NCBI GenBank assembly: GCA_015680685.1
Contig: MNCI01002227.1
Location: forward strand, 1 to 64,000
Source: Gnetum montanum
Lineage: Eukaryota > Plantae > Gnetophyta
Direction: 5' to 3'
DNA length: 64,000 nucleotides
Shown here: positions 62,401 to 64,000 of the stretch, one piece after another
How positions within the stretch are numbered: the first letter of the stretch is position 1
How the letters are laid out: every line of letters starts with the position of its first letter
The notes under the pieces: generated by a model
Told to the model about the DNA's origin: nothing
The model's input: only the letters and a program-made list of their open reading frames with translations
The model's database searches: none
Position numbers and translations under genes: made by a program

Positions 62401-64000
62401 TTTTAGCAGTTCTAATTCCATTGTGTCTAGGATTTCCAAGTGTCCCCAATCTGTTTCTTCCTCCTAATGTTTCTAAGGGTAAGAGTGTATTTTCATAGTT
62501 GTTCCAACTTATCTATTTTTGCCACATAGGTACTAATGATCTGTTCTTCTAGTTCCATGTACTTATTAGATTGGGTTTCTTCATTGGTAATCAACCACTA
62601 GATGCCCTCTTATTGGGTGGCTGCTACATATAGGCGATTTTGCACGCAACTTGTTTCTACACATTGATTGCATTCCTTAGTCTCTTTTCATTCAATGGTC
62701 CAAATTCTTTACACACAATTGCACCCATGATAGTTGGATGTGATACATGGAACCCTTCATCTATGTATGATTCTAGCTTCATCTTCCTTGGAAATTTCCA
62801 AGGATAAATTCCAAATTCCAAGCTTATCATCCATGGTGCTAAGCCAAGCTCTTTCCATGATAATTGGAAACCCTTCATTATTTTCCCCCACATGAATTAG
62901 TAGAAAATCAATAGGATAGAACTAGCCATTGATGATGGTAATCACATCATCCACCCATCTAAGTGTAATCGTGATTGACTAGTCTACAAGCTCTAAATGT
63001 ATGTTAGTTTTCTTTAGTGATGGGAGGTTCCAAGCCTAGTACATATCTTGAGATATCAGATTTACTCCAAACCCAAAATCTAATAGAGGTTTGCACTATT
63101 TTTGTCTTTATATTTGGACATAAATTAAGGGACTTCTTAGGCTAGTTCTTTTCTATGAAAGAGCCCCTACTTTGATCCAATCGGTTACTATTTGTGTGAG
63201 CATGACAGTTGTGATGTTTAGACCTAATGAAGTTGGAAGATTATTATATTGGAAAGGACTTGATGTGGATGGGGTGAAGTTAGACATGTTTCTCATCTAT
63301 TGAGTCTTCTCTGGATTTGTTTTGAAGAATGGTCATCTCTTCGGTTAAGTCTCATAAGTATCCTTCCTTTCATATGTATTAATTGCCCTTGTAGCACTTT
63401 TTGGCTAGGGTTGTGATGGAAAGTTTCCCTGCATAACAGGAGGTTGCACTGATGGCATAGGACTAAATTGTTGAGTAGAAGGTCAAGCTATTTGTGGATG
63501 CATGTATAAGTTGGAATTAGTCCCTTGCAGCGTCAATTTGTGGTATTTTGCTAAATGGTACTGTGATTTTTGAATAGTTGCATGATTAGGTGAGATTGGA
63601 TGCTGGACATAGTATCCATAAGGATCAAGTTATTGATATGGATACTGTTAACATGGCAGTGGCATGGCCCATGATTGTGGTTACTACCACTGTTGATGGT
63701 ACTACTCTTGCAGCTACAGCAAGGCTCCACTAGGATAGTAGATTGGTTGAGGTTGTCATCTATAATTACCCTCAAGATAAGATAACTTTTGAGGCATTTG
63801 CCTTTAAAACAAATCATGGGTTAAGTGTGTATGTCATAGTTTCTTGCAGATGTACCATGACTGAAAAACATTCCATAGGATGTTTGTATTAGCACTCGGT
63901 GCAACCTTCATCATCTGTGGAGCTAGTGTTTGAGTGCCCAACTATTAAAGCAACTTTGTCCTTTTGTCCAAGTTCCTTTTTCTTCTTTTTATCTTTGCCT
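59490..64000 (-). pseudogene. gag-pol pseudogene of G
   Basis: ORF-track fragments EWVSPLVIVPKKGSKWCIYINF, KFRHYVLDY and HQIYTD; integrase motifs 59.7-60.7 kb. Confidence 0.92.

Larger units (their letters stand above)
53680..64000 (-). mobile_element. Athila-like element G (extends beyond window), nested in F
   Basis: 3' LTR 53680-54560, PPT 54561-54575, extra ORF, then integrase, RNaseH, RT, protease (LLDFG) and gag on the minus strand. Confidence 0.92.

Overview
AT-rich plant-type nuclear DNA made almost entirely of nested, decayed LTR retrotransposons. No intact host protein-coding gene, rRNA or intact tRNA is supportable. Most of the window is one Athila-like (non-chromovirus Ty3/gypsy) lineage with ~0.8-0.9 kb TGATG...CATCA LTRs, a tRNA-Asp-type PBS and AGTCATGGGGG-type PPTs. 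Its copies are: A (1-5792, gag-protease only); B (3' end, 5793-6905); C (19758-40260, minus, both LTRs, TSD CCAAT); a solo LTR (24656-25536, TSD GGATC); E (40787-49136); F (49137-53679); and G (53680 to beyond the window end, minus). Other elements are a truncated Tekay/Del chromovirus (8354-13811), a pol-less Sirevirus (28222-35136), a Sirevirus solo LTR (49875-50941, TSD CATTG) and weaker remnants at 13.8-17 kb. The non-LTR 'ground' DNA is a duplicated ~1.3-1.4 kb segment carrying tandem tRNA-like (A/B-box) modules. The most interesting signal is an apparent second internal transcription unit conserved in three diverged Athila-like copies: a conserved non-coding box, LTR-like motifs with TATA, an extra PPT-like site and a 60-86 nt AAG/GTATC...AG mini-intron ending exactly at the ATG of an extra (env-like) ORF. 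All alignments were done by eye; boundaries without a TSD or terminal motif are approximate.
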